The notes under the pieces are model-generated. The model was not told where the DNA came from, did not search any database, and saw only the letters and a list, made by a program, of their open reading frames with translations. From Raphidiopsis brookii D9 (GTDB lineage Bacteria; Cyanobacteriota; Cyanobacteriia; Cyanobacteriales; Nostocaceae): a stretch of 32,000 nt of DNA. Location of the stretch: NCBI GenBank assembly GCA_000175855.1, contig ACYB01000031.1, positions 30,001 through 62,000 on the forward strand. Reading direction: 5' to 3'. This document shows, in pieces, positions 1 through 10,013 of the stretch; position 1 is the stretch's first letter, and every line of letters begins with the position of its first letter. The position numbers and the translations under genes are program-made.

Positions 1-303
1 AGGGAATATAGAGAATATTTAGTATTCTCCCGGGCAAAATGCGAGGTGGTAATACCTGTTCCCCAATAAATCATGATGAGGTTTCAGAGACCTTTGTAGT
101 TTGGTCTAGACTTAATTTTAAAGGTATTTTAAAAGAATAAAGAAAGAATTGGGTAAATTTCACCTATGAAGTTCGGTTATACCACCCCCATGATGTAGAC
201 GAAAGACTATAAGCTAGAGATCATGTAGTGCGGTGTATACTTTAATTATACTTTAACTATAGTTCAAATAATCGTCTCATAGTCAATCAAAGGGTGAAAA
301 CCT

Positions 304-1833
304 GTGTACCAATGGATTTTACCAAGTTTGGCAGAAATTCTGGCTCAAAGCCAATCCCACACAGTTCCATGTTCATCTGAAAAAGCAGAACAACAATGGC
401 GTGTCGGTCTTGCTGCTGCAGAACATCTCCTCCTAACGACTCTAACACCTACAACACCCCATCATACCACTCCAGGTTTTTGGTTTTTGACTGCACCAAC
501 TCCTCTGTTTGGTCAACCCAATCTGACTCAAAACCTACAGATAGTCACCTTCGCGACTAAACCTTTTAACCCTTTGGCTTTAATGCCATTTGATATATCA
601 CCAAAAGTGTTAGCAAACCAGGGCAATTTACTCTTTGATCAAGATACTACTATTAGAAGTAATACTTACTATTCCTATCTGTATAATAACAATAATAGCA
701 TTCTCCCTGATAATTCTATTTTACCTTTATTAGCCCCCGATCCCCTGGGAAATGAGCAGTTTTGTCTAGTATTTACAGAAAAATTTACACTGGCTTTAGT
801 ATTATCAGCTCCCACTGGTAGTAAAAAAGAGTTTTTATTTTCCTTTGAGCCGAATGTGGTTAAACAAGCTTGGCAAGCATTAGGAACAAGATTAGTTTTG
901 ACTAATCCAGAATTGTTTTCCCAATTAGATGCTAGGATTGGGAATTACCCCCTAACTGCACCAAACTATCAAACCATTATTCAATTTAGTCAATTTTTGC
1001 TTGCTGAATTACCAGAATCAATTGACAGGCCCACCCATTCTTTTCCTATCTTTTCCTTTCCCCAGGATCCCGTTTTGTCATCTGCAAAACCTCCTTCCCG
1101 TTCTGATGTAGAACTACTGCAGGCATTTTCCCATGAGGTGCGCACACCTTTGACAACTATTCGTACCATGACACGACTGCTATTAAAGCGACAGGATTTA
1201 CCTGGAACTGTTGTCAAACGTTTGGAAGTTATTGATCACGAATGTACTGAGCAGATTGACCGTATGGAGTTATTATTTAAGGCCGCAGAGTTAGAAACTT
1301 CTGAAACTTCAAATTCCCAAACCGGGCAAATTGGTTCCCAGCTCACACCAATGTCCTTAAATCAGATCCTAGAACAAATTATTCCCCGTTGGCAACAAGC
1401 AGCAACTCGACGTAACTTGACTTTAGATGTAGCTTTACCTCAACAATTGCCAACAGTAGTTAGCAATCCCGCTATGCTAGATCGTGTACTAACTGGATTA
1501 ATGGAGAGTTTTACCCGCAGTTTACCTCCTGGTAGTTCTATTCAAGTTCAAGTTATTCCTGCAGGTCACCAACTTAAATTACAGTTATTACCTCGGTTGG
1601 GTTGTCATAATTCTACTAAAGATGTTCACCTACCCATTCGTAAAGCTCTTGGTCAATTGTTAATTTTTCAACCAGAGACTGGCACTATTAGTTTGAATGT
1701 TGCTGCGACTAAACACCTATTTCAGTCTATAGGTGGCAAGTTGATTGTGCGGCAAAATTCCCAATATGGTGAGGTAATGACACTATTTCTACCTTTGGAA
1801 ATTGATCCTAAGCACTCTATGGTACCGTCTTAA
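304..1833 (+). CDS. histidine kinase-like protein (HisKA dimerisation domain, degenerate ATPase domain), GTG start
   Basis: ORF with H-box 'FSHEVRTPLTTIRTMTRLLLKR'; C-terminal 'SIGGKLIVRQNSQYGEVMTLFLPLE' resembles the end of a HATPase domain, but no clear N or G1 box. Confidence 0.75.
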   Translation: MYQWILPSLAEILAQSQSHTVPCSSEKAEQQWRVGLAAAEHLLLTTLTPTTPHHTTPGFWFLTAPTPLFGQPNLTQNLQIVTFATKPFNPLALMPFDISPKVLANQGNLLFDQDTTIRSNTYYSYLYNNNNSILPDNSILPLLAPDPLGNEQFCLVFTEKFTLALVLSAPTGSKKEFLFSFEPNVVKQAWQALGTRLVLTNPELFSQLDARIGNYPLTAPNYQTIIQFSQFLLAELPESIDRPTHSFPIFSFPQDPVLSSAKPPSRSDVELLQAFSHEVRTPLTTIRTMTRLLLKRQDLPGTVVKRLEVIDHECTEQIDRMELLFKAAELETSETSNSQTGQIGSQLTPMSLNQILEQIIPRWQQAATRRNLTLDVALPQQLPTVVSNPAMLDRVLTGLMESFTRSLPPGSSIQVQVIPAGHQLKLQLLPRLGCHNSTKDVHLPIRKALGQLLIFQPETGTISLNVAATKHLFQSIGGKLIVRQNSQYGEVMTLFLPLEIDPKHSMVPS

Positions 1834-1842
1834 CTCTACTAA

Positions 1843-3114
1843 TTAACAACTTTTAATTGGTTGGTTAATTGGCAGGCCCATTGCTAAAAGTGCAGTACCG
1901 TAAGCTGCTTCCGTGTGGGTGGATGGTATGACATTTGTTTTTAAAAATCTCTTTCTCATAGCAGTCCACGTAGAGTTAACTGCTCCACTACCAGCAGTAT
2001 AAACATGAATTAGTTTATCTGCACCTAGCTGTTGTAATAAACTGTATCCCTTCTGTTCTATCCTTGCCATACCTTCTAACAACCCATGTAAAAATTCCCT
2101 TGGATCTTCAGGTCTGGGATCCAGTCGCGGTGCGAGCATTGGATCGTTCACAGGAAAGCGATCGCCCGGTTGTAGCAAAGGATAATAATCTAACTGACTA
2201 GATGTACAGCCATCTATCTGCTGACTTAAACTAACCAATTCTTCATCAGTAAAAAACTTTTTTAATACTGCTCCTCCGGTATTAGAAGCTCCTCCTGCTA
2301 ACCACAAATTTCCCAAACGGTGACTATAAATTCCATATCGTGCATCTTCTATTCGGGTACGACTTAAGAGTTTCAAAACCAAGGTCGATCCCAGGGAAGT
2401 AACTGCTTCCCCTGGTAATTTAGCTCCACTAGCGAGGAATGCTGCAATGCTATCCGTTGTTCCCGCGCATACCCAACAATCACGTCTGAGTCCAAATCGG
2501 TCTGCTACCTCAGGAATTAGTTCGCCAATTTTTTCTCCCGGGGTCAGAACCCTTGGTAAATTAATGGGAATTTTCAGGTCCTCTAACCATTGTGGATATT
2601 TCAATTCCTCCACGTCATAACCTAACTTTAGTGCATTGTGATAATCACTAAAACCTAGTTTACCATGTAAAAGAAAACCCAACCAGTCTGCTTGATGTAG
2701 AAGATATCTAGCTTGAGAAAAAGTAGGTAACTGCTGCATCCATAATAATTTAGCCAGGGTAGAGGTAGCACTGAGAACAGTGTGATTAGGGGGAGCCACC
2801 TGTGCCAAACGCTTAATAAAAAGTGACCCTCTTCCATCGTTGTATAATAGAGGTAGGCAAACCGGTTCACCAATAGCATCTGTCAGCAAAACAGTAGAAG
2901 AAGTGCCATTAATGGCAATTCCCCTGATTTGTCGACGGGAATCCTGGGGAATTGCCCCTAAAAGCTCCCATAAAGTCGCTTGCCAATTACGACTCCCATC
3001 ACCCCTATTGGGATGGACAAGAAGACGAATTTCTCCCCTAATCGTGGAATCTTCATCGATTACTATGGACCGGGCACCGGAAGTACCAAAATCAATACCT
3101 AAATACAAAGTCAT
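1843..3114 (-). CDS. FGGY-family carbohydrate kinase, probable D-ribulose kinase
   Basis: N-terminal 'LYLGIDFGTSGARSIVID', 'GIAINGTSSTVLLTD', 'CAGTTDSIAAFLASGA', 'AVTSLGSTLVLKLL', 'GGASNTGGAVL' match FGGY kinase motifs. Confidence 0.88.
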   Translation of the reverse strand: MTLYLGIDFGTSGARSIVIDEDSTIRGEIRLLVHPNRGDGSRNWQATLWELLGAIPQDSRRQIRGIAINGTSSTVLLTDAIGEPVCLPLLYNDGRGSLFIKRLAQVAPPNHTVLSATSTLAKLLWMQQLPTFSQARYLLHQADWLGFLLHGKLGFSDYHNALKLGYDVEELKYPQWLEDLKIPINLPRVLTPGEKIGELIPEVADRFGLRRDCWVCAGTTDSIAAFLASGAKLPGEAVTSLGSTLVLKLLSRTRIEDARYGIYSHRLGNLWLAGGASNTGGAVLKKFFTDEELVSLSQQIDGCTSSQLDYYPLLQPGDRFPVNDPMLAPRLDPRPEDPREFLHGLLEGMARIEQKGYSLLQQLGADKLIHVYTAGSGAVNSTWTAMRKRFLKTNVIPSTHTEAAYGTALLAMGLPINQPIKSC

Positions 3115-3219
3115 TTTGGTTCATGTTGCGTCTTGTAAAAATATGTGTCTCAATTGTGGTAAAACCGTAAAATGGCCAGGAGATGTCAATTCATCCTGTT
3201 TTTTTGGAGGGTTACCACC

Positions 3220-3315
3220 ATGTCTATCTCAGATACTCAAGTTTACATTGCCTTGGCCGTAGCTTTAATTCCAGGTATTTTGGCTTGGCGTTTAGCTACC
3301 GAACTTTACAAGTAA
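3220..3315 (+). CDS. psaM: photosystem I reaction center subunit XII (PsaM), 31 aa, absent from the supplied ORF track
   Basis: Direct translation: MSISDTQVYIALAVVALIPGILAWRLATELYK-like, read codon by codon as MSISDTQVYIALAVALIPGILAWRLATELYK*; matches PsaM pattern (SDTQ...ALIPG.LA.RL.TELYK); GGAGG upstream at about 3206-3210. Confidence 0.93.
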   Translation: MSISDTQVYIALAVALIPGILAWRLATELYK

Positions 3316-3416
3316 TACCAGCGCAGCAGTTTGTAGCCATTCAAACAGTTTGTATAAAATTGTGAGTCCGTAGCGGGTCAACCGCTACAGGGCTAGACGG
3401 CAACCCCTTTATTCCT

Positions 3417-4127
3417 TTATGGTTTTCGGGTATTTTGTAATGTGTAGTTATGGTAACTAAAACGATATCCTTTACCATAGACGGTGTGAATTAAGGTAGA
3501 CTCTCCACCTAACTCAATCTTACGTCGTAACAGACGAATTAACGCAGCAATGACGTTACTTTCCGGAGGTTTTTCCCCTTTCCATAAGTGTTGCATAATT
3601 TGACCATGGGTTAGTAATTGTTCTGGGTTTTCCATAAGATATTTTAGGAGTTGACTTTCTTTTTCTGATAGCTCTATTATTCTTCCCTGACGATGGGCAA
3701 CCTGATTTTCCATATCTAGTTCTAAATCCCCCACTGCCAACTTTCCCGTTGTGGTATAACTATCAACACTGGAACGACGCAGGAGAGCACGAACCCTGGC
3801 CAGTAACTCCCTTAGTTCAAATGGTTTGACTAGATAATCATCTCCACCCGCATCTAAACCCTGAACTCGGTCATCTAGAGTGTCCTTAGCGGTAAGAAAT
3901 AAAACGGGGATATTTTTCCCCTGACGACGCAATTCCTGGCAAATTTCCAACCCAGTTTTTTCCGGTAACATCCAATCTAAAATCAATAGATCATAGGTTC
4001 TTGTTTGTGCCAGTTCACTACCGCTTTTGCCATTATATGTTATATCTACTATATATCCTTCGCGGGTCAAAATTCGCCCTAGAGGATCCGTCAGTTCCAC
4101 TTCATCATCAACTAATAAAATTTTCAT
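3417..4127 (-). CDS. OmpR/PhoB-family response regulator (RppA-like)
   Basis: Receiver domain '[16 protein letters not shown]...[13 protein letters not shown]...VLFLTAKD...[25 protein letters not shown]' plus winged-helix effector '[23 protein letters not shown]...VYGKGYRF'. Confidence 0.92.
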   Translation of the reverse strand: MKILLVDDEVELTDPLGRILTREGYIVDITYNGKSGSELAQTRTYDLLILDWMLPEKTGLEICQELRRQGKNIPVLFLTAKDTLDDRVQGLDAGGDDYLVKPFELRELLARVRALLRRSSVDSYTTTGKLAVGDLELDMENQVAHRQGRIIELSEKESQLLKYLMENPEQLLTHGQIMQHLWKGEKPPESNVIAALIRLLRRKIELGGESTLIHTVYGKGYRFSYHNYTLQNTRKP

Positions 4128-4178
4128 GCTCCTAGTGAGATAATAAACCCCAAAGACACAAACATATCAAAAAAAATA

Positions 4179-4817
4179 ATGCTGACTGTTGCACTACCAA
4201 AAGGGGAATTACTTAAGAATAGCATTCAACTCATGCAATCTGCTGGTTTGGATTTTAGTGCCTTCCTAGATGCTGGAAACCGTCAGTTGCAAATTTATGA
4301 TGCTAGTGGAAAAGCTAAGGGACTGTTAGTCAGAGCGCAGGATGTACCTGTATATATTGAATACGGTCAGGCTCAACTGGGTATTGTGGGTTTCGATGTG
4401 CTAAAAAGAAAAAAACCGCAGGTGGGACAATTAGTTGACCTAAAGTTTGGGTATTGTCGAATGTCCGTGGCGGTAAAGTCTACCAGTTCTTATAAATCAC
4501 CCCTAGACCTACCTGCTCACGGTCGTGTAGCTTCTAAATATGTCAATTGCGCTCGGGAGTATTTTGAAAGTTTGGACTTACCAGTGGAAATAGTACCTTT
4601 ATATGGTTCAGTGGAATTAGGACCAATTACGGGGATGTCGGAAGCGATTGTGGATATTGTTTCCACCGGAAAGACCCTGCGGGAAAACGGACTGGTAGAA
4701 ATTGCCACCTTGTATGAAAGTACTGCTCGATTAATTGTTCATCCCCTGAGCTATCGTTTAGATTTGGGAGGGATATATAATTTAGCGCAAAGTGTCAAAT
4801 CGTCAGTTAATTCCTGA
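4179..4817 (+). CDS. hisG: ATP phosphoribosyltransferase catalytic subunit, short form
   Basis: '[19 protein letters not shown]', 'GIVGFDVL', '[33 protein letters not shown]' are HisG signatures; short form lacking the C-terminal regulatory domain. Confidence 0.95.
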   Translation: MLTVALPKGELLKNSIQLMQSAGLDFSAFLDAGNRQLQIYDASGKAKGLLVRAQDVPVYIEYGQAQLGIVGFDVLKRKKPQVGQLVDLKFGYCRMSVAVKSTSSYKSPLDLPAHGRVASKYVNCAREYFESLDLPVEIVPLYGSVELGPITGMSEAIVDIVSTGKTLRENGLVEIATLYESTARLIVHPLSYRLDLGGIYNLAQSVKSSVNS

Positions 4818-4827
4818 TGTGTCTTTT

Positions 4828-5247
4828 CTATTGTCGACAATTATCGCATGTTCCATGAACCGTAACCTGGTAAGTCTTTCCCCGCAAACCAGGACGGAGA
4901 TTTTTTAGTTCTATACATTCAAAGGTATCCCAAGGTACATCTTCAATTCCTCCACAACGCTGACAGCAAAAATGATGATGGGGTTCGATATTCGCATCAT
5001 AGCGAGATACCCCCTCCTGTAGGAGCACCTCCCTAACCAGTTCTACTTCCCTTAGAGCTTGTAAAGAGCTATATATGGTCGCTTGGGATGAAACCGGAAA
5101 GTCCTTATTCAGATCCGTCAAGATTTGATCCACTGTGGGGTGATCGGTACGAGATAACAAATTTGCATACACTGCAAAGCGCTGGGGAGTCACCCTCAAT
5201 CCCTTAGATTTTAAGGTTTTAATAATTGCGTTTGCTTGCTCCTGCAT
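4828..5247 (-). CDS. Fur-family transcriptional regulator, PerR-like
   Basis: 'LRVTPQRFAVYANLLSRTDHPTVDQI', 'SSQATIYSSLQALRE', 'HHHFCCQRCGGIEDV', 'CDNC'; divergent from peroxiredoxin gene. Confidence 0.88.
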   Translation of the reverse strand: MQEQANAIIKTLKSKGLRVTPQRFAVYANLLSRTDHPTVDQILTDLNKDFPVSSQATIYSSLQALREVELVREVLLQEGVSRYDANIEPHHHFCCQRCGGIEDVPWDTFECIELKNLRPGLRGKTYQVTVHGTCDNCRQ

Positions 5248-5367
5248 GATCCTAATCTTATTGATGAAAATTTTTAGATTAGGCCTAGTCTAGCATATCC
5301 CAAAATTAATGCCATTTACTGTTTAACAAAAAAAATAAGTATTTATTACTATTGACTTTTTATTAAA

Positions 5368-5382
5368 TCAGAATTATTCTGA
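5368..5382. promoter_or_regulatory. perfect 7-1-7 palindrome, candidate Fur/PerR operator
   Basis: TCAGAAT-T-ATTCTGA, exact inverted repeat in the divergent perR-like/peroxiredoxin intergenic region, same geometry as classical Fur/Per boxes. Confidence 0.55.
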
Positions 5383-5432
5383 GATGGGAATAGACATAAA
5401 CACAAATTTATCAATTAAACGAAGAGGTTAAC

Positions 5433-5966
5433 ATGGCTGTGATTCAAACCGTTCCTGACGTTGTTTTTAAAACCCGTGTTCGTGACGAGCTGATAGGTGG
5501 TTCCAATCCTTTCCGTTGGCAAGATCGGACTACAGAGCAGTTGTTTGCTGGTAAGCGTGTGGTTGTGTTTTCATTACCAGGAGCTTTCACTCCCACCTGT
5601 TCTACTTCCCACTTACCACGTTATGAAGAACTATATGACGAGTTTAAGAGCTTGGGCGTAGATGAGGTGATTTGTGTGTCTGTGAATGATGCTTTTGTTA
5701 TGTACCAATGGGGTAAACAACAGGGAGCGCAGAAAGTGTTTTTGTTACCAGATGGTAATGGAGAATTTACCCGGAAAATGGGCATGTTAGTGGACAAGTC
5801 CAACTTGGGTTTTGGGATGAGGTCTTGGCGTTATTCCATGGTAGTGAATAACTGTCAGATAGAAAAGATATTTATTGAACCTGGTTACGAAGATAATTGT
5901 CCTACTGATCCCTTTGAGGTTTCCGATGCAGACACTATGCTAAAATACCTGCAAAGCGTAAAATAG
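5433..5966 (+). CDS. peroxiredoxin, type II/Prx5 family
   Basis: '[25 protein letters not shown]' catalytic motif, '[12 protein letters not shown]', '[12 protein letters not shown]'. Confidence 0.93.
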   Translation: MAVIQTVPDVVFKTRVRDELIGGSNPFRWQDRTTEQLFAGKRVVVFSLPGAFTPTCSTSHLPRYEELYDEFKSLGVDEVICVSVNDAFVMYQWGKQQGAQKVFLLPDGNGEFTRKMGMLVDKSNLGFGMRSWRYSMVVNNCQIEKIFIEPGYEDNCPTDPFEVSDADTMLKYLQSVK

Positions 5967-6038
5967 TGAAATAAAATGTGAGAAGGAATAATTCCTTCTT
6001 GCTAATTAAACCGATGGAAATTAAAAGAAATTATAAAG

Positions 6039-7391
6039 ATGAATTACGATTTTGACTTATTTGTAATTGGTGCAGGTTCTGGTGGTATTGCTACAGCTAG
6101 AAGAGCAGCAGAATATGGAGCAAAGGTAGGAATTGCTGAGTTTGATAGATTAGGTGGAACCTGTGTAAATCGTGGTTGCGTGCCCAAGAAACTGATGGTT
6201 TATGCTTCCCATTTTCCGGAATTGTTTTCTGATGCTGTGGGGTATGGGTGGAGTAGTATTACCAGTTCCCTAGATTGGGAAAAGATGATTAACGCGGTCA
6301 ATAACGAGGTAACTCGTTTAAATGGAATTTATCAGAGAATGTTGGATAATTCCCAAGTGGAGGTTATACAGGGATATGCCAAACTTGTTGATAACCATAA
6401 CATTACAGTTGGTGAACGCCAAGTCAGAGCAGACAAAATACTAATTGCAGTAGGTGGTTATCCGACTAGACCGAACATTCCAGGAATTGAACATGCTATT
6501 GTATCTGACGACATGTTCCATCTGAAAACTCAACCGCAAAAAATAGTAGTTTTGGGTGGTGGTTATATTGGGAGCGAGTTTGCCTGTATTATGAATGGAT
6601 TAGGCACACAAATTACCCAGATCATTCGTGGTGATATGATTTTACGTGGGTTTGACCATGATTTACGAAATGAAATTCAACAGGGTATGGGTAACCACGG
6701 TATTAATGTTATTAGTAATGCTCAAGTAAGTGCTATAGAAAAAGAAGGTGAAACATTCCAAGTTAAATTCCGTCAGGATGGACAAGAAGAAGACACGGTA
6801 ATTGTTGATGCGGTAAGTTTAGCAGCTTTAGGTCGCAAACCAAAAACTGAAAATTTGGGATTAGAAAATACCAAAATCCAATTAGACCAGGGGGCGATCA
6901 TAGTAGATGAGTATAGTCGCACGGAAGAGGAGAATATTTATGCTGTGGGTGACTGTACCAACAAAATTAACTTAACCCCGGTAGCGATAAATGAAGGTAG
7001 GGCATTTGCTGATACTGTCTTCGGAGGTAAGTCTCGCACCATGAGTTATGAAAATGTGCCTACGGCAATTTTTACCACACCAGAAGCAGCTACAGTAGGA
7101 CTAACAGAAGAACAAGCACGAGAGAAATATGGTGACGCAGTAAAAGTTTATCGCAGTCGTTTTCGTCCCATGTACTATACCCTAGCAGGGAAAGAAGAAA
7201 AAACCATGATGAAATTAGTGGTAGAGCAAACCAGTGATTTAGTCCTGGGGGCTCACATGGTGGGAAATAATGCAGCAGAAATTATTCAAGGGATTGCAAT
7301 TGCTATTAAAATGGGAGCAACTAAAGCCAACTTTGATGCTACCGTAGGGATTCATCCAAGTTCAGCTGAAGAATTTGTCACCATGCGATAA
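6039..7391 (+). CDS. gor: glutathione-disulfide reductase
   Basis: 'DLFVIGAGSGGIATARRAAEYGAKV', redox motif 'GGTCVNRGCVPKKLMVYAS', 'GGGYIGSEFA', 'YAVGDCT', 'GIHPSSAEEFVTM'. Confidence 0.93.
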   Translation: MNYDFDLFVIGAGSGGIATARRAAEYGAKVGIAEFDRLGGTCVNRGCVPKKLMVYASHFPELFSDAVGYGWSSITSSLDWEKMINAVNNEVTRLNGIYQRMLDNSQVEVIQGYAKLVDNHNITVGERQVRADKILIAVGGYPTRPNIPGIEHAIVSDDMFHLKTQPQKIVVLGGGYIGSEFACIMNGLGTQITQIIRGDMILRGFDHDLRNEIQQGMGNHGINVISNAQVSAIEKEGETFQVKFRQDGQEEDTVIVDAVSLAALGRKPKTENLGLENTKIQLDQGAIIVDEYSRTEEENIYAVGDCTNKINLTPVAINEGRAFADTVFGGKSRTMSYENVPTAIFTTPEAATVGLTEEQAREKYGDAVKVYRSRFRPMYYTLAGKEEKTMMKLVVEQTSDLVLGAHMVGNNAAEIIQGIAIAIKMGATKANFDATVGIHPSSAEEFVTMR

Positions 7392-7411
7392 TCAACGCGA
7401 CAATCACTAAG

Positions 7412-9328
7412 ATGATCATCTACCCATTTCAAAAAAAATCCGATAAAAAGCCCCGCAAACCCCCCCAGAAGTCACCTAAACCAGACTACCGCCAAAATCA
7501 AAATGACTGGCGGTTATTTTTGCGTTTAGTTCCCTATGGTCGTAACAGTAAATATCTACTTGCATTATCCCTAACTTTGCTTGTACCCATTGCGATCGCC
7601 AATTCCATACAACCATTACTAATTGGACAAGCAATATCATTAATTCGTCAAGAACCGGGAACTTACAAATTTCTGACCAGTCGCAGTTTATGGGAAGGAC
7701 TAGGAATCATACAAGCACTACTACTAGCAACAATGGTAGTCAGACTATCCTTGGTAGGAGTCCAGAGTTATTTAGTCCAAAAGGTGGGGCAGAGAATTAC
7801 TGCTGCAATTCGTCAAGACTTATTTAGTCATGTAACATCTCTATCCCTGAGATTTTTTGAATCTACCCCGGTGGGAAAATTGGTTACTAGGTTAGTTAGT
7901 GACGTAGAAAGTTTAGGAGATGTATTTGCCACAGGTGCTATTGGTATTATTTCTGATATATTTTCGATGTTAGTGATTACCATTTTAATGTTCACAATTC
8001 AGTGGCAACTTGCCTGTTTACTAATATTGATTTTATTGCCAATTTCCTGGTTAATTATCTATTTTCAGAAAGAATATCGTCGAGCAAATTATAAATCGAG
8101 AGAGGAGCTATCAAAGATAAATTCTCAACTGCAAGAAAATATTGCTGGTATTAACGTGGTGCAGTTATTCCGAAGACAGAAATTAAATGCGGAATTATTT
8201 CGTGCTACCAACACAAAATATGTTGAACAAGTTGACACTACCATCTGGTATGATTCGGCAGTTTCTGCCACATTAGAATGGGTTAGTTTAATTGCTATTG
8301 CTGGTGTTTTATGGGTTGGAGGTTATTTACTATTGGGGCGAAGCATAACCTTTGGTATTCTATCAGCATTTATACTATATGCTCAGCAGTTATTTGACCC
8401 CTTACGAAACTTTGCTGAGAAATTCACAATTATTCAGGGTGGATTTACTGCCATTGAAAGAGTCAGCAACATTTTAGATGAACCCATAGAAATTAAAGAC
8501 CAGGTCAGTCCTAAATTTTCACTATTGGAGAATCAGGGTAGCTATATAGATGACACCATTAAAAACTTAGAAGAACAGAACTTTATCACCCCTTCAGCAT
8601 TAGGAGAAATTCGCTTTGAGAACGTGTGGTTTGCCTACAAAGATGATGATTACGTACTCAAAAATTTAGATTTTGTCATTCACCCTGGAGAGAAAATAGC
8701 CTTAGTAGGTCCTACTGGAGCGGGTAAAAGTTCAATCATTCGTCTTTTGTGTAGACTTTATGAACCCACAAAAGGACGTATTCTAATTGATGGTATAGAT
8801 ATTCAGGAGATACCGCAAATTGAGCTAAGACGTTACATGGCAGTAATTTTACAGGAGGTCTTTTTGTTTGCTGGTGACGTAAAAAGTAATATAAGTTTAG
8901 GAGATAACTACACATCAGAAGAGATTGAGAGCGCAGCAGAAAAAACCAATGTTGCCAGTTTCATTCAAGAGTTACCTGAAGGTTATAATACGGAATTAAG
9001 AGAGAGAGGCACAAATATTTCGGGGGGACAAAAACAACTATTAGCATTTGCGAGAGCAGCCATTCGTAATCCACAAATTTTGATTTTGGATGAAGCAACT
9101 GCCAACTTAGATGTGGGCACTGAAGCACTGATTCAACAAGCATTAAATCAGTTGTTAACGGGAAGGACAGCCATAATAATTGCCCACCGGTTGTCAACTA
9201 TTAGAAATGTGGATAGAATTTTTGTTTTGAAAAGAGGTGAGTTAATTGAACAGGGAAGTCATCAGGAACTAATCAGTCAAGGGGGACTTTATGCAACCTT
9301 ACATAATTTACAAATGTTAGGCAGTTAG
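7412..9328 (+). CDS. ABC transporter, fused permease/ATP-binding protein (MsbA/MdlB type)
   Basis: TM domain followed by Walker A 'LVGPTGAGKSSIIRLLCRL', signature 'ISGGQKQLLAFARA', Walker B 'ILILDEATANLD', H-loop 'IIAHRLSTI'. Confidence 0.92.
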   Translation: MIIYPFQKKSDKKPRKPPQKSPKPDYRQNQNDWRLFLRLVPYGRNSKYLLALSLTLLVPIAIANSIQPLLIGQAISLIRQEPGTYKFLTSRSLWEGLGIIQALLLATMVVRLSLVGVQSYLVQKVGQRITAAIRQDLFSHVTSLSLRFFESTPVGKLVTRLVSDVESLGDVFATGAIGIISDIFSMLVITILMFTIQWQLACLLILILLPISWLIIYFQKEYRRANYKSREELSKINSQLQENIAGINVVQLFRRQKLNAELFRATNTKYVEQVDTTIWYDSAVSATLEWVSLIAIAGVLWVGGYLLLGRSITFGILSAFILYAQQLFDPLRNFAEKFTIIQGGFTAIERVSNILDEPIEIKDQVSPKFSLLENQGSYIDDTIKNLEEQNFITPSALGEIRFENVWFAYKDDDYVLKNLDFVIHPGEKIALVGPTGAGKSSIIRLLCRLYEPTKGRILIDGIDIQEIPQIELRRYMAVILQEVFLFAGDVKSNISLGDNYTSEEIESAAEKTNVASFIQELPEGYNTELRERGTNISGGQKQLLAFARAAIRNPQILILDEATANLDVGTEALIQQALNQLLTGRTAIIIAHRLSTIRNVDRIFVLKRGELIEQGSHQELISQGGLYATLHNLQMLGS

Positions 9329-9400
9329 AGCATTATAGCAAGGGGATAGGGGGATAATAATATATATTATGTACTATGGGGTGTATTCACATACCTATTG

Positions 9401-9898
9401 CTACAGTACGATTTGAAAGGTTAATCCGTTAGTTTTTAAAAAATCATGGGTGAAATGATCAACAAGATTCGTATTACTAAGTTCTAAATTATAAAAATCA
9501 ACAAAATCATGATAGAAATAGGGACCTGCATGCCAAGTTCCTACTTCTAGTTTGATAAAACAGTTACCGGGGATGTGAAAGACCACTAACTTATCTAAAA
9601 TGGGTTCCCTAGTATTATTGTCTGGTGGACAAACTGCCATAAACCAATCCTTCCCTTCCAGAGAACCTAGACACTGAGTACATTCAACATGACGAGTTAT
9701 CTTATGAAATCCTGTTCCTTGGTTTTTTAAGCGCATAATATAGAAGCGTGTAATACCATTTTCTAAGCTTAGTTGAGCATCTGTATAGTCAAAAATTTTA
9801 TCGTCTTCACAAGGAAAGATCACCTGTCCATAAGGTTGGAAACTTTCTGGGGTGATAAATTGTGCTATTAACTCTCGCAATTTTACAGCTGTGTTCAC
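9401..9898 (-). CDS. ureidoglycolate lyase (AllA-like, cupin fold) family protein; start revised to GTG at 9898
   Basis: 'VKLRELIAQFITPESFQPYGQVI', 'FYIMRLKNQGTGFHKITRHVECTQCLGSLEGKDWFMAV', 'FHIPGNCFIKLEVGTWHAGP' match the AllA-type fold; the 34-aa extension in the supplied ORF (9401..10000) looks non-coding. Confidence 0.75.
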   Translation of the reverse strand: MNTAVKLRELIAQFITPESFQPYGQVIFPCEDDKIFDYTDAQLSLENGITRFYIMRLKNQGTGFHKITRHVECTQCLGSLEGKDWFMAVCPPDNNTREPILDKLVVFHIPGNCFIKLEVGTWHAGPYFYHDFVDFYNLELSNTNLVDHFTHDFLKTNGLTFQIVL

Positions 9899-10013
9899 GA
9901 AATACTCCACTAGATACAAATTCAAAAATATTATAGCCGCTTCTAAAAACCTACGCATATCTAGGCATAAATCCGAAAATATAGGCAAGTCCAACTCCAC
10001 GGTATAAGTTCGC

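Noticed and set aside
1-69. Open frame ending 'REYREYLVFSRAKCEVVIPVPQ*', possibly the 3' end of an upstream gene
   Set aside because: Only 22 codons, no family recognised; cannot distinguish a real C-terminus from chance.
3183-3365. 60-aa plus-strand ORF and the overlapping 2840..3262 ORF
   Set aside because: Out of frame with psaM and antisense to the sugar kinase, with no motifs; shadow ORFs.
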